Source: Mobula hypostoma
Lineage: Eukaryota
Assembly: GCF_963921235.1 (NCBI RefSeq)
Contig: NC_086097.1
Location: 101,806,001-101,870,000, forward strand
DNA: 64,000 bases
Direction of reading: 5' to 3'
Shown: positions 8,701-21,253 of the stretch, one piece after another
Position numbering within the stretch: the stretch's first letter is position 1
Layout of the letters: each line of letters begins with the position of its first letter
The notes under the pieces: generated by a model
The model's input: only the letters and a program-made list of their open reading frames with translations
Databases searched by the model: none
Told to the model about the DNA's origin: nothing
Position numbers and translations under genes: made by a program

Positions 8701-11096
8701 GAGAGTATGCTAATCGGCCATCACTCCCTAGCATACTCCTGGCTAATGTTCAGTCTCTGGACAATAAGCTGTGAGAACTGAGAGCCAGAATCTCCTACCA
8801 GTGGGAAACAAAGGAATGTAATATTTTGTGCTTCGTGGAGACCTGGCTGATGGATGAGATACCAGATCATGCCACAGAGCCCTCTGAGTTCTCCCTGTTC
8901 CGGGTGGACAGATCAAAGAACCCCTCTGGGAAGAGTAAAGGAGGTGGGGTGTGCTTCATGGTCAATAATGCCTGGTGCAATCCCCAGAACATGCACACCC
9001 TCAAATCCTTTTGTTCCCCGGATCTGGAGTACCTGGTGCTGCTGTGTAGACCTCCCTGGCTGTCTAGGGAGTTCACGGCTGTTATTATCACAGCTGTGTA
9101 TATTCTGCCGCAGGCTGATACTGACCTGGCTCTCAAGGAACTGTACAGACTATCAGCACCCTGGAGACTGCACACCCGGAGGCTGCCTTCATCGTCACCG
9201 GTGACTTTAATAGAGCGTCGCTGACTAAAGTCTCTCTGAAGTTTTGCCAACACATCCAGGTGAGCACACGGGAGACAGCATACTCAACCACTGCTACTCC
9301 CCCTCTGCAAAGCTTACAAAGCATTCCTTCGCCCGCCATCTGGAAAATCAGATCACTCTTCCATCTTGCTGCTGCTGAGGTACAGGCAGAAGCTGAAACG
9401 AGAGGCAGCCATTGCTAAAACCATCCACTGTTGATCCGGCCAGTCGGCCTCCATGCTACAGCACTGCTTTGATGACGTCAACTGGAATGTCTTCCATGAT
9501 GAGGATGTCTCTGGGTTCATGGAAGGGGTCATGAGTTTCATCTCGAACTTCATTGAGGATGTTGTCCCCTAGAAATCGGTCAGGGTCTTTCCAAATCAGA
9601 AACCCTGGATCAACAGTTCCATGCGAGCAACACTTACTACGCGGCACAGAGCTTATGTTGCCAGTGACCAACAAGAGCTCAAGAAATATAGCTACAATCT
9701 GCGCAAAGTCATCAACGCAGTGAAACAGCAATACAGAGACAAGAGTCAGACACAACTCTCCACCAACACATGCAGCTTATGGCAAAGTCTGCACACCATC
9801 CCAGACTTCAAAGCTAAACGCAGTGGAGTTTTCAACATCAATGCCTCTCTCCCAAATGAGCAAAAACTTATTTACGATCGATTTGATGTCGCCAATACTG
9901 AACTTCTGAGGTGAGCTGATGATGCAACTGGCAGCTTGGTCATCTCTGAGGCTGAGGTATGCAGATGTTTCCAACGAGTGGACAGTCACAAGGCTGTGGG
10001 ACCAGACAGCATCCCAGGGCGGGTACTCAGGATGTGCGCGGCACAACTGGCAGGTGTGTTTACAGACATTTTTTATCTGTCCCTCTCCCAGTTTAGAGTG
10101 CCCTCCTGCTTCAAAACAACCACCATTGTTCCTGTACCTAAAAAGACCAAGTAATAATAAATAATAATGAGGCAGCCTACAGAGAAGAAGTCATCACCCT
10201 GACACAATGACGTCAAGAAAACAACCTCTCCCTCAACGTCACAAAAACAAAGGAACTGGTTATGGACTACAGGAGGAATGGAGACAGGCTAACCCCTATT
10301 GACATCAATGGATCTGGGGTTGAGAGGGTGAACAGCTTTAAGTTCCTCAGCATACACATCACCGAGGATCTCACGTGGTCTGTACGTACCGGCTGTGTGA
10401 TGAAAAAGGCACAACAGCGCCTCTTTCACCTCAGACAGTTGAGAAAGTTTGGTATGGACCCCCAAATCCTAAAAACTTTCTACAGGGGCACAATTGAGAG
10501 CATCCTGCCTAGTATGGGAACTGTACCTCCCTTCATCGCAGGGCTCTGCAGAGAGTGGTACGGACAGCCCAGCGCATCTGTAGTTGTGAACTTCCCACTC
10601 ACTATTCAGGACATTCACAAAGACAGGTGTGTAAAAAAGGCCCGATGGATCACTGGGGACCCGGGTCACCCCAACCACAAATTGTTCCAGCTGCTACCAA
10701 CTGGGAAACAGTACCGCAGCATTAAAGCCAGGACCAACAGGCTCCAGCACAGCTTCTTCCACCAGACCATCAGACTGCTTAATTCATGCTGACACAACTG
10801 TATTTCTATGTTAAACGCAAACGCGAGGAAATCTGCAGATGCTGGAATTTCAAGCAACGCACATAAAAATTCTATGTTAAACGCAAACACCAGGAAATCT
10901 GCAGCTGCTGGAATTTCATGCAAAACATATAAAATTTTATGTCTGTTGTTTGTATTTCTATGTTATATTGACTATTGTGTACATAATATTTATTATAAAT
11001 TACTACGATTGCACATTGCACATTTAGACAGAGACGTAACGTAAAGATTTTTACTCCTCATGTATATGAAGGATGTAAGAAATAAAGTCAATTCAG
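8701..11096 (+). mobile_element. Rex1/Babar-like LINE (AP endonuclease, partial RT, internal deletion near 10150)
   Basis: [64 protein letters not shown] motifs. aataaagtcaattca tail. Confidence 0.85.
10814..10950 (-). mobile_element. Micro-insertion of PLE 3' terminus (two tandem ~55-nt copies) with 15-bp TSD
   Basis: TSD tgtatttctatgtta at 10799-10813 and 10951-10965. The insert is (aaacgcaaac..gaaatctgcagatgctggaatttcaagcaac..) twice, period 66. Confidence 0.8.
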
Positions 11097-13535
11097 TCGA
11101 GGAAAGATAGACCGGCTTTAGAGGTGATGCAGAGGAGGTTCACCAGGTGGACTTGTGAAACGAAGGGGTTAACCTGAGGAGAGATTGAGTCACCTGGGAC
11201 TATATTTGTTATAATTCAGAAGAATGAGACAGGTTCTCATAGAAACATGAAAATATTAAAAGGGTAGATAAGATAGAGGCAGGAAAGGTGCTTCCACTGG
11301 TAAATAAGAATAAGGGGAACAGCCTCGGTATTAAGCTGAGTAGATTTAGGATGGAGATGAAGAGAAACTGCTCAGAGAAATCTGTGAAATTCTCTGCCCA
11401 GGGAAGTAGTGGAGTCTACTTCATCAAATATACAGAAGACACAGTTAGATAGATTTTTGCCTAACGGGTGAATTAAGGGTTATGGGGGAAAAGGCAGGTA
11501 GTTTACAGCCAGGTCAGCTATGACCTTATTGAATGGCAAAGGAGGCTTGACGGTTTAGATGGTCTACTCCCGTGTCTACTCCTGATGTCAAAAGTACCTT
11601 TTTAATTTTGTTAACATACTGTACCTGCCTCAACCACTTCCTCTGGCAACTTGTACCAAATGCTGACCACCTTGTGGGTGAAAAGTTGCCATCAATTTCC
11701 TGCTACATCTCTCCTCTCCTACCTTAAACCTATGCCCTCTAGTTTCTGATTTGCCAACCCTCGGAAAAGTTTGTCTGCATTCACCCTATCTATCCTCCCA
11801 TCAACCTTATTGACCTCTTTAAGATCACTCCTCATTTTCCTGCGCCCCAATGGGAAAGGTCCACTCTGCTAAATCTCTCTCCATAACAGTCCTTTAAGTT
11901 CTGGCAACCTCCTCTGTACTCCTTCCATCTTTATGGAATCTTTCCGACAGCAAGGTGACCAAAACTGAACATAAATTCTGTCAGCCCAATCAGCAGCAGG
12001 AGCAGGCCACTGTGACGAGGTTCCTCGCAGGTCAGTGACACTTGTTTAAAAGTGCAGCAGGGACAAGTGGAGCGGCCATTGCTGGAGTGGGCCAGTGGTG
12101 AGAGTGGGAGTGTCAGGCTTTGGCTCAAAGGAGACCTTGGCTTGAAAGAGGCGTTGGCTCTTAGTAATCTTCTGTTAGGGTTCTTTTTTTTTCTCTCACT
12201 GTACCTAGTGTAGTAAATGGTTGTGTGTTCTTCATGCCAGATATTGGAGTCGAGGGAGACCCTGACTCTCCCTGGGAGCTACATCTGCGTGAAGTGCATC
12301 CACTGCAGCTCCCTGAAGACCGTGTTAGGGATCTGCAACAGCAGCTGGATGGCCTTCAGCTTGTACGAGAGAGTGAGGAGATAATCAATCAGGGTTACAG
12401 GGAGGTAGTCAACCCGAAGTTGCAGGAGGGGAGTAATTGGGTGACTTTCAGGAGAAATGGAAATGTGAATAGGCAGTTAGCACAGAGCACCCCTGTGACC
12501 ACTCCCCTCAATAGTAAGTATACAGTTTTGAATACTGTCGTGAGGTATGACCTCCCAGGGCCAGTGCCATGGAGACTGGGTTACAGGCACTGAGCATGGG
12601 TCCATGATGCAGAAGGGAAAGAGGGAGAAGAGGGGAGTGGTAGTGATAGAGAACTCAATAGTCAGAGGAACAGACAGGAGATTCTGTGGATGTGAACAGG
12701 ACACCCGGATGGTATGCTGCCTCCCAGGTGCCAGAGTCAGGGACGTCTCAGATCACATCCACAGCATTTTGGAGAGGGAGGGAGAGCAGTCAGATGTCTC
12801 GGTACATATTGGTACCAATGACATAGGAAGGAAAAGCAAAGAGGTCCTGAAAAAAGAATTTAACTGGGTAGAAAGCTGAGAAACAGGACCTCTTGGTTGG
12901 TAATTTCTGGATTGCTGCCTGTGCCACACGCCAGTGAGGGTAGAAATAGGATGATTTGGCAGATTAATGTGTGGGTGAGAAGCTGGTGCAGGGGGCAGGG
13001 CTTCAGGTTCTTGGATCATTGGGATCCCTTCTGGGGAGGTATGACCTGTTCAAAAGTGACGGGTTGCACCTAAACCCAAGGGGGAACCAATATTCTCACA
13101 GGCATGTTTGTTAGAGCTGTTGGGGAGGGTTTAAACTAATTTGGCGGGGGGGGGGAACCAGAGTGAAGGGACTCAGGATAGGACAGATGGTGAAAAAACA
13201 AAAATAGCATGCAGTCAGACTGTCGGTAAGAGCAGGAAGGTGATAGGACACAATTGCAATCAGCTGGGCCAGTATCAGTGTATTAGGGATGCAGAATCAA
13301 AAAGGGTAGCAAATGCAGTACTCAGACTGTGATATCTCAATGCACAGAGTATAAGAAATTAGGTGGATGATCTTGTTGCACTTTTACTGATTGTGAGGTA
13401 CGATGTTGTGGCCGTCACTGAATCATGGCCGGAGGATGGTTGTAGTTGGGAGCTGAATGTCCAAGGTTACACGTTGTATCAGAGGGATAGGAAGGTCGGC
13501 AGAAGGGGTGGCATGGCTCTGCTGGTAAAGAATGA

Positions 13536-15502
13536 TACCTGGTTGTACTTCTACTCCCTGAGTATAGGCAGAGACTGAAGACTGCAGCACCAGCAGTGAG
13601 GACCAAGAAGGTATGGACAAGGGAAGCACAGGAGCGCCTACAGGACTGCTTTGAATAGGTAGACTGGATTGTATTCAGGGATTCATCTTCGAGCCTAGAT
13701 GAGTATGCTGCAGCTGTTACCGACTTCATTAAAACCTGTGTGGATGAGTGTGTGCCTACAAAGACTTACTGTACATTCCCAAACCAAAAGCTGCGGATGA
13801 ACCAGGAGATATGTCGTCTGCTGAAAGCTAGATCTGTGGCATTCAAGTCTGGCGACCCAGGCCTGCACCAGAAAACCAGTTATTACTTGCGGAGGGTTAT
13901 TTCAAGGGCGAAGAGACAATTTCGAACGAGGTTGGAGGCGATATCAGATGCATGCAACTCTGGCAGGGACTGCAAGACATTACTTCCTACAAAGTGAAAC
14001 CCAATAGTATAAACCGCAGCGATGCTTCACTACCAGATGAACTCAACACCTTCTTATGCCCGTTTTGAAAAGGAGAACACAACTACAGCTGTGAAGATCC
14101 CTGCTGCACCTGATGACCCTGTGATCTCTGTCTTAGAGGCCGATGTTAGGCTGTCTTTAAAGAGAGTGAGCCATCGCAAGGCAGAAGGTCCCGATGGAGT
14201 ACCTGGTAAGGCTCTGAAAACCTGTGCCAACCAACTAGCAGGAGTATTCAAGGACATTTTCAACCTCTCATTGCTATGGACAGAAGTTCCCACTTGCTTC
14301 AAAAAGGCAACAATTATACCAGTGCCTAAGAAGAATAATGTGAGCTGCTTAATGACTATTGCCTGGTAGCACTCACATCAACAATGATGAAATGCTTTGA
14401 GAGGTTGGTCATGGCTAGAATGAACTCCTGCCTCAGCAAGGACCTGGACCCATTGCAATTTGCCCATCACCAGAATAGGTCAACGGCAGACGCAATCTCA
14501 ATGGCTCTGCACAGCTTTAGACCACCTGGACAACACAAACATCAGTGACAGGATGCTGTTCATCAACTATAGCTCCGCATTTAATACCATCATTCCCACA
14601 ATCCTAATTGAGAAGTTGCAGAACCTGGGCCTCTGTACCTCCCTCTGTAATTGAATTCTTGACTTCCTAACTGGAAGACACAATCTGTGCAGATTGGTGA
14701 TAACATATTCCCCTCGCTGACGATCAACACTGGTGCACCTCAGGAGTGTATGCTTAACCCACTGCTCTACTCTCTATATATACATGACTGTGTGGCTAGG
14801 CATAGCTCAAATACCATCTATAAATTTGCTGATGATACAACCATTGTTGGTAGAATCTCAGGTGGTGACGAGAGGGTGTACAGGAGTGAGATATGCCAAC
14901 TAGTGGAGTGGTGCCGCAGCAACAACCTGGCACTCAACGTCAGTAAGACAAAAGAGCTGATTGTGGACTTCAGGAAGGGTAAGATGAAGGAACACATACC
15001 AATCCTCAGAGGGATCAGAAGTGGAGAGAGTGAGCAGCTTCAAGTTCCTGGGTGTCAAGATCTCTTAAGATCTAACCTGGTCCCAACATATCGATGTAGT
15101 CATAAAGAATGCTAGACAGTGACTATACTTCATTAGGAGTTTGAAGAGATTTGGCATGTCAACAAATACACTCAAAAACTTCTATAGATGTACCGTGGCG
15201 AGCATTCTGACAGGCTGCATCACTATCTGGTATGGGGGGGGGACACGGGGGCTACTGTACAGGACCGAAAGAAGCTGCAGAGGGTTGTAAGCACTTTTTT
15301 AATATACAGTATTTCTGTCTTTTGTACTTTTTAAAATCTATTCAATATATGTATACTGTAATTGATTTACTTATATATTTATTATTATTTTTATTTCATT
15401 TATTATTATTTTTTCTATATTATGTATTGCATTGAACTGCTGCTGAAAAGTTAACAAATTTCATGTCACATGCCAGTGATAATAAACCTGATTCTGATTC
15501 TG
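13536..15502 (+). mobile_element. Rex1/Babar-like LINE, 5'-truncated, nested in the CR1 APE region
   Basis: [51 protein letters not shown]. aataaa(cct)gattctgattctga tail. The host CR1 resumes at aatcagtagaaagatg. Confidence 0.88.
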
Positions 15503-15764
15503 AAATCAGTAGAAAGATGCGATATAGGATCAGAAGATATTGAATCCTTGTGGGTTGAGTTAATAAACTGCAAGGTAAAAGGACCCTGATGGCAGTTATA
15601 TACAGGCCTCCGAACAGTAGCTGGGATGTGGACCACAGATTATAACAGGAAATAGAAACAGCGAGTCAAAAGGGCAAGGGAGACAGTCATGGGAAATTTT
15701 AACATGCAGGTCGATTGAGAAAATCAGGTTGGTAATGGATCCCAAGAGAGTGAGTTTCTTGAAT

Positions 15765-16215
15765 CAGAATCAGGTTTATTATCGCCGGCGTGTGACCTGA
15801 AATTTGTTAACTTAGCAGCAGCAGAAAAAAGTAATAAAATAATAATCAATAAATCAATCAATTACAGTATTCGTATATTGAATAGATTAAAACCATGCAA
15901 AAACAGAAATAATATATATTTAAAAAGTGAGGTAGTGTTCAAGGGTTCAATGTCCATTTAGGAATCTGATGGCAGAGGGGAAGAAGCTGTTCCTGAATTG
16001 CTGAGTGTGCGCGTTTAGGCTTCTGTACCTCCTACCTGAAAAGTGCATGCCCTGGGTGCTGACATCCTTAGTAATGGACGCTGCCTTTCTGAGACACTGT
16101 TCGTTGAAGATGTCCTGAGAACTTTGTAGGCTAGTACCCAAGATGGAGCCGACTAAATTTACGACCCTCTGCAGCTTCTTTTGGTCCTGTGCAGTAGCCG
16201 CACAGGATGTAGCTA
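15765..16215 (-). mobile_element. Rex1-like 3' fragment nested in CR1
   Basis: ORF 15947..16141(-) RRYRSL..TQQFRNSFFPSAIRFLN with a (gattct) tail. 8-bp TSD tcttgaat at 15757-15764 and 16216-16223. Confidence 0.85.
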
Positions 16216-17823
16216 TCTTGAATGCCTACAAGATGGCTTTTCAGAGTAGTTTGTCATTGAGCCTACTAGAGGATCAGCTATACTGGATTGGGTGTTATGT
16301 AATGAACCGGAGGTGATTAGGAAGCGTAAGGTAAAAAAAAACCTTAGGAAGCACCGATCACAATATGATTGAGTTCAACTTGAAAGTTGATAGGGAGAAA
16401 GTAAAGTCTGATGTAGCAGTATTTCAGTGGAGTAAAGGAAATTACAGTGGTATAAGACAGAAGTTGGCCAAAGTAAATTGGAAGGAGATGCTGTCAGCAG
16501 AATATCAATGGCACGAGTTACTGAGGAAAATGAGGAAGGTGCAGAACAGATGTATTTCAAAAATAAAGGAACACTCAAATGGCAAAATAGCACAACTGTG
16601 GCCGACAAGGGAAGTCAAAGCTACTGAAAAAAACAAAAGAGAGGGCATACAGCAAAGCAAAAATTAGTGGGAAAACAGAGGACTGGGAAGCTTTTGAAAC
16701 CCTACAGAAAGCAACTAAAAGAATTCTTAGGAGAGAAAATATTAAATATGAAAGCAAGCTAGCAAACAACATCAAAGTGGATAGTAAAAGCTTTTTCAAG
16801 TATGTAAAAAATAAGAGAGATGAGAGTGGATATAGGCCCGCTAGAAAATGAGGCCAGAGAAAGAATAACAGAGGACAACTGAATGGGTATTTTGCACCAG
16901 TCTTCACTGTGGAAGACACTAGCAGTGTGTCAGATGTTGAAGGGTGTGAGGGAAGAGAAGTGAGTGCAGTTGCTGTTTCAAGGGAAAAGGTGCTCAAAAA
17001 GCTGAAAGACCTAAAGGTACATACATCAACTAGTCCAGAGGAACTGCACCCTAGGGTTCTGAAAGAGGTAGCATTAGAGATTGTGGTAGCATTAGAAATG
17101 ATCTTTCAAAAATCATTGGACTCTGGCATGGTGTCAGAGGACTGGAAAATTGCAAGTGTCACTCCACTCTTTAAGAAAGGAGGAAGGCAGCAGAAAGGAA
17201 ATTATAGACCAGTTAGCCTGACCTCTGTGGCTGGGAAGATATTGGAGTCAATTGTTAAGGATGAGGTTATGGAGTACTTGGTGACACAGCACAAAATAGG
17301 ACAAAGTCAGCATGGTTTCCCAAGGGGAAAATCTTGCCCGACAAACCTGTTCAAATTCTTTGAGGAGATTACAAGTAAAATTGATAAAGGGGATGCAGTG
17401 GGTGTTGTACCTTTGGACTGTCAGAAGGCATTTGACAAGGTGCCACATATGAAGCTGCTTACCAAGTTAAGAGCCCATGGTATTATAGGAAAGTTACTAG
17501 CATGGTTAGAGCATTGGCTGATTGGTAGGAGGGAGCAAGTGGGAATAAAAGGATCCTTTTCTGGTCGGCTGCCGTGACTAGTGGTGTTCCGCAGGGGTCG
17601 GTGTTGGGACCACTTCTTTTTATGTTGTATATCAATGATTTAGATGATGGAATACATGGCTTTGTTGCCAAGTTTGCAGATGATATGAAGATCGGTGGAG
17701 GGGCAGGTAGTGTTGAGGAAAGAGGAAGGCTGCAGAAGGACTTAGATAGATTAGGAGAATGGGCAAGGAAGTGGCTAATGAAATACAATGTTGGAAAATG
17801 CATGGTCATGCACTTTGGTAGTA

Positions 17824-18107
17824 ACCATATATAACCATATAACAATTACAGCATGGAAACAGGCCATCTCGGCACTTCTAGTCCGTGCCGAACTCTTACT
17901 CTCACCTAGTCTCACCGACCTGCACTCAGCCCATAACCCTCCATTCCTTTCCTGTCCATATATCTATCCAATTTAACTTTAAATGACAACATAGAACCTG
18001 CCTCAACCACTTCTGCTGGAAGTTCGTTCCACACAGCTACCACTCTCTGAGTAAAGAAGTTACCCCTAAACTTTTGCCCTTTAACTCTCAACTCATGTCC
18101 TCGACAT
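17824..18107 (-). mobile_element. Short CR1 3'-end fragment nested in the CR1 RT
   Basis: The host cactttggtagta|...|gtagaaataaatgtgc is interrupted by a minus CR1 tail (FFTQRVVAVWNELP, 3' UTR). Confidence 0.8.
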
Positions 18108-19010
18108 GTAGAAATAAATGTGCAGACTATTTTCTAAATGGGGAGAAAATCTAAAAATCTGAGATGCAAAGGGACTTGGGAGTTCTTGTGCAGAACACCC
18201 TAAAGGTTAACTTGCAGGTAGGTTGGTGGTGAGGAAGGTAAATGCAATGTTGGCATTTATTTCAAGAGGTCTAGAATACAAGAGCAGAGATGTGATGCTG
18301 AGGCTTGGAAGGGCACTGGTGAGGCCTCACCTTGAGTATTGTGAACAGTCTTGGGCTCCTCATATAGGAAAAGATCTGCTGGCATTGGAGAGGGTTCAGA
18401 GGAGGTTCACAAGGATGATTTTGAGAATAAAAGGGTTATCACACAAGGAATGTTTAATAGCTCTGGGTCTGTACTCGCTGGAATTTAAAAGGATGAGGGG
18501 GCATCTCATTGAAACCTTTCAAATGTTGAAAGGCCTAGACAGAGTAGATGTGGAAAGGATGTTTCCCATGGTGAGGGAGTCTAGGACAAGTGGGTACAGC
18601 CTCAGGATAGAGGGGTGTCCATTTAAAACAGAGATGTGGAGAAATTTCTTTAGCAAGAGGGTAGTGGATTTGTGGGATTTATTACCATGGGCAGCTGTGA
18701 AGGCCAGGTTGTTGGGTGTATTTAAGGCAGAGATTGATAGGTTCTCGATTGGACACAGCATCAAAGGTTACAGGGAGAAGGCTGGGGATTGGGGTTGAGG
18801 ATGGGGTAAAAGGATCATCCATGATTGAATGGCGGAGCAGACTCGATGGGCCAAATGGCCTAATTCTGCTCCTATGTCTTGTGGTCTAACAATGCTGGTG
18901 CAGTCTCACCAACATCTTGTACAACTGTAACCTAACATTCAAACTTCTGAACTCAGTGTCCGAAGTGATGAAGGCCAATGTTCCCCATTCTCTCCACCTA
19001 CGCTCTACAA

Positions 19011-21253
19011 TAGGGGTCGCCAACCCACCAATCGCGATCGACCAGTCGATCTTTGAGACATTCCCAGTAGATCCCGAAGAAAAATCAAAAATAAATACAC
19101 AAGTACTGTTGTAATGTGAGCATTATAAAAGTAAGTAATACTAATTAGGATAATGGTAATATAGCAATATTTTCGCTAAAACGCTGATTGTAAAGAGAGA
19201 TTGTTTCCGGGTTGCGGGGGTTTAGTTCCGTTCTTTCTGCCCAGTGCGCATGTGTGTATTTCCCCCGCCATGCACCGCGTTTTCAGCGTAGCCTGGGCTG
19301 CATCAAAGTGACCAATCAGATTAGTTAAGAGTACAGACTGTCGCAAACATCAATATACGGCAGTGGTCCCCAACCTCCGGGCCGCGAAGCATGCAGTGGT
19401 GCAGCGGTAGTCGGGATACACACAGCACATCTTTAAGAAAAAAAGCCGAAATAAACAAGATAATTAATTAGGTGCCACCCAGCACGTAAATGTCGACCCA
19501 GATCAGAGGCAACGCAATCAGCACTCGCTCGTGATACCCTGATAGCAAAGCGGAGGCTCCATGAAAGAAGGCAAAAACATACAAATTCCATCTAGAATGG
19601 GAAGAGGAATTTCTGTTTACTTTGGTGAAAGACAAGTGTGTATGTATGTTGTGCCACCAAACACAAGCACTGACTAAAAGAGGGAATCTGGAGCGGCACC
19701 ACAACACCTACCCCCCCCCCCCCCCCAAAGAGCACAATTTGTGCCAGGAAAGTTGAGCTGAAATCGGGGCTGAAGGCTCAGCAATCGTTTTCCACAAAAC
19801 ATGCTGCTCAAAATAAGGCTGCTATTGAAGCATCATTTCGTGTAAGTCCCCTTTTGGCTAAACACAAGAAGCCTTTTACAGATGGCGATTTCTTCAAGGA
19901 AGCAATGGTCATTACCGCAGAGACTGTTTTTAATGACTTTAAAAACAAAAACGGCAGCACAACCGCAATACATAATATACCGCTTGGCCCTGCAACAGTG
20001 ACAAGGAAGGTAGAGTCACTGTCAGGGGACGTGGATATTTTTCACTACAGTTCGATGAATTCCTGGATGTAATGCAAACAGCTCAGCTTGTTGTATTTGT
20101 CAGAATGGCTTTCCAGGATTTTACAACAAAGGAGGACTTCCTCACTCTTTTGCAATTAAAGGAAAGAACGAGAGGTGAGGATATTTACAATGAGTTTAAA
20201 AAAATATGTCCATGAAAATGACATCCCCATTCATAAACTGGTGGCAATTACTACTGATGGGGCCGAGCAATGCGCAGTGTGCGCGTTGGTTTTATAGCAC
20301 TAAAAGTCAGTGCCTATTTCCGGTCAGCTTATCCAAGTGAAATTGCATTTTCACAGATGAAAATTATTAAATCTAAGTACAGGAGCTGACTTACTGACAG
20401 ACACCTCACTAGGGTTGCCAACTTTCTCACTCCCAAATAAGGGACAAAAGTAGCAGTCTAATCCCGGGACATTTGTATTTACCCCAAGAAAGACTACCAT
20501 GACCATGAAGCCTTGCGTGGGCACCGGTGTGCGCATGCGTGTTGTGCCGTTTTTTTTCACCCCACGAATCGGTTTTGGCTTAATCTTCATTATTTCTACT
20601 TTATATTAGCTGTGTATTTATCATATCATTCCTGCTTTTACTATATGTTAGTGTTATTTTAGGTTTTATGTGTTATTTGGTATGATTTGGTAGTTATTTT
20701 TTTGGGTCTGGGAACGCTCAAAATTTTTTTCCATATAAATTAATGGTAATTGCTTCTTCGGCGTAAAGCATTTCGGCACGAAAGGTTTCATAGGAACGCT
20801 CTACCTTAGCGGGGGGAATACATCACACCTCACAGACTGTCTCAGACTGGCTGTCTGTAGTTATGAGCCAAATTTCAGGGAGCTAGCAGAAAGTATTCAG
20901 CCCCAGTCATCACACTGAGTGCAACAGTCAATTTTTATTCATTTATTTTTCGTGTTGAAATAAAAATAAATAATGAAACTCAGAATTAAAGGTGTGAAGT
21001 ACTGTAGTATTCTTAAAGAAAGACAGCTATGGCCTGTTTGATATGCTAGTTACAGTGTTTTCTTGTTTGAATTAATTTGAAAGTTTGACAGAAGTATTTT
21101 ATGTAATTCAAATACAATTCGCCCAAATAAAAGGCCTCAGATTGGAAGTACAATCTGAGCTGTTTTTTTCTCTAAACGATTTAGTAGGTAGATCTTGCCT
21201 TTCACTGAGATCGCGGTAGGGGATCTTGGGCTTAAAAAGGTTGGTAACCACTA
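19011..21253 (+). mobile_element. hAT DNA transposon (Charlie/GTF2IRD2-like transposase), internally deleted
   Basis: TIRs taggggtcgccaacc and ggttggtaaccacta. Perfect 8-bp TSD ctctacaa (19003-19010, 21254-21261). Remnants KFHLEWEEEFLF..KCVCMLC...NLERHH, KHKKPFTDGDFFKEAM, ITTDGA, FSQMKIIKSKYRS.LTD.HL. Confidence 0.92.
20410..20824. mobile_element. Composite DNA-transposon remnant nested in the hAT C-terminus
   Basis: Starts with TIR-like tagggttgcca and is flanked by direct repeat acacctcac (20401-20409, 20825-20833). No matching right TIR. Confidence 0.6.

Larger units (their letters stand above)
8290..11590 (+). mobile_element. Decayed CR1 RT/3' region, split by a Rex1-like insertion
   Basis: ORF 8550..8774 (LAFIARGIEFKSREVMLQLYRVLVRP..VQFWSP) breaks at about 8700 and resumes at about 11099 (aggaaagata...cagaggaggttcaccagg) through the 3' UTR. 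Confidence 0.85.
12040..18887 (+). mobile_element. Near full-length decayed CR1 LINE (ORF1 Zn-finger/SGNH esterase; ORF2 APE-RT) with three nested insertions
   Basis: VCCLPGARVRDV..HIGTND (12547..12879), VVAVTESW, NYRPVSLTS, SGVPQGSVLGPLLF.LYINDL..KFADD (17574..17834), RT C-terminus (18223..18798) and 3' stem-loop. Many stops and frameshifts. Confidence 0.92.
11610..19000 (-). mobile_element. Old minus-strand CR1 3' fragment, present in two pieces (about 11610-11980 and 18888-19000) separated by a full-length CR1
   Basis: ggtgaccaaaactgaaca at about 11955 continues as ...tctcaccaacatcttgtacaactgtaac...atgaaggccaatg at about 18900-18980, collinear with other minus CR1 copies. Confidence 0.65.

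Noticed and set aside
19710..19726. Poly-C run inside the hAT transposase
   Set aside because: A homopolymer expansion or consensus error in a dead element. No evidence of function.
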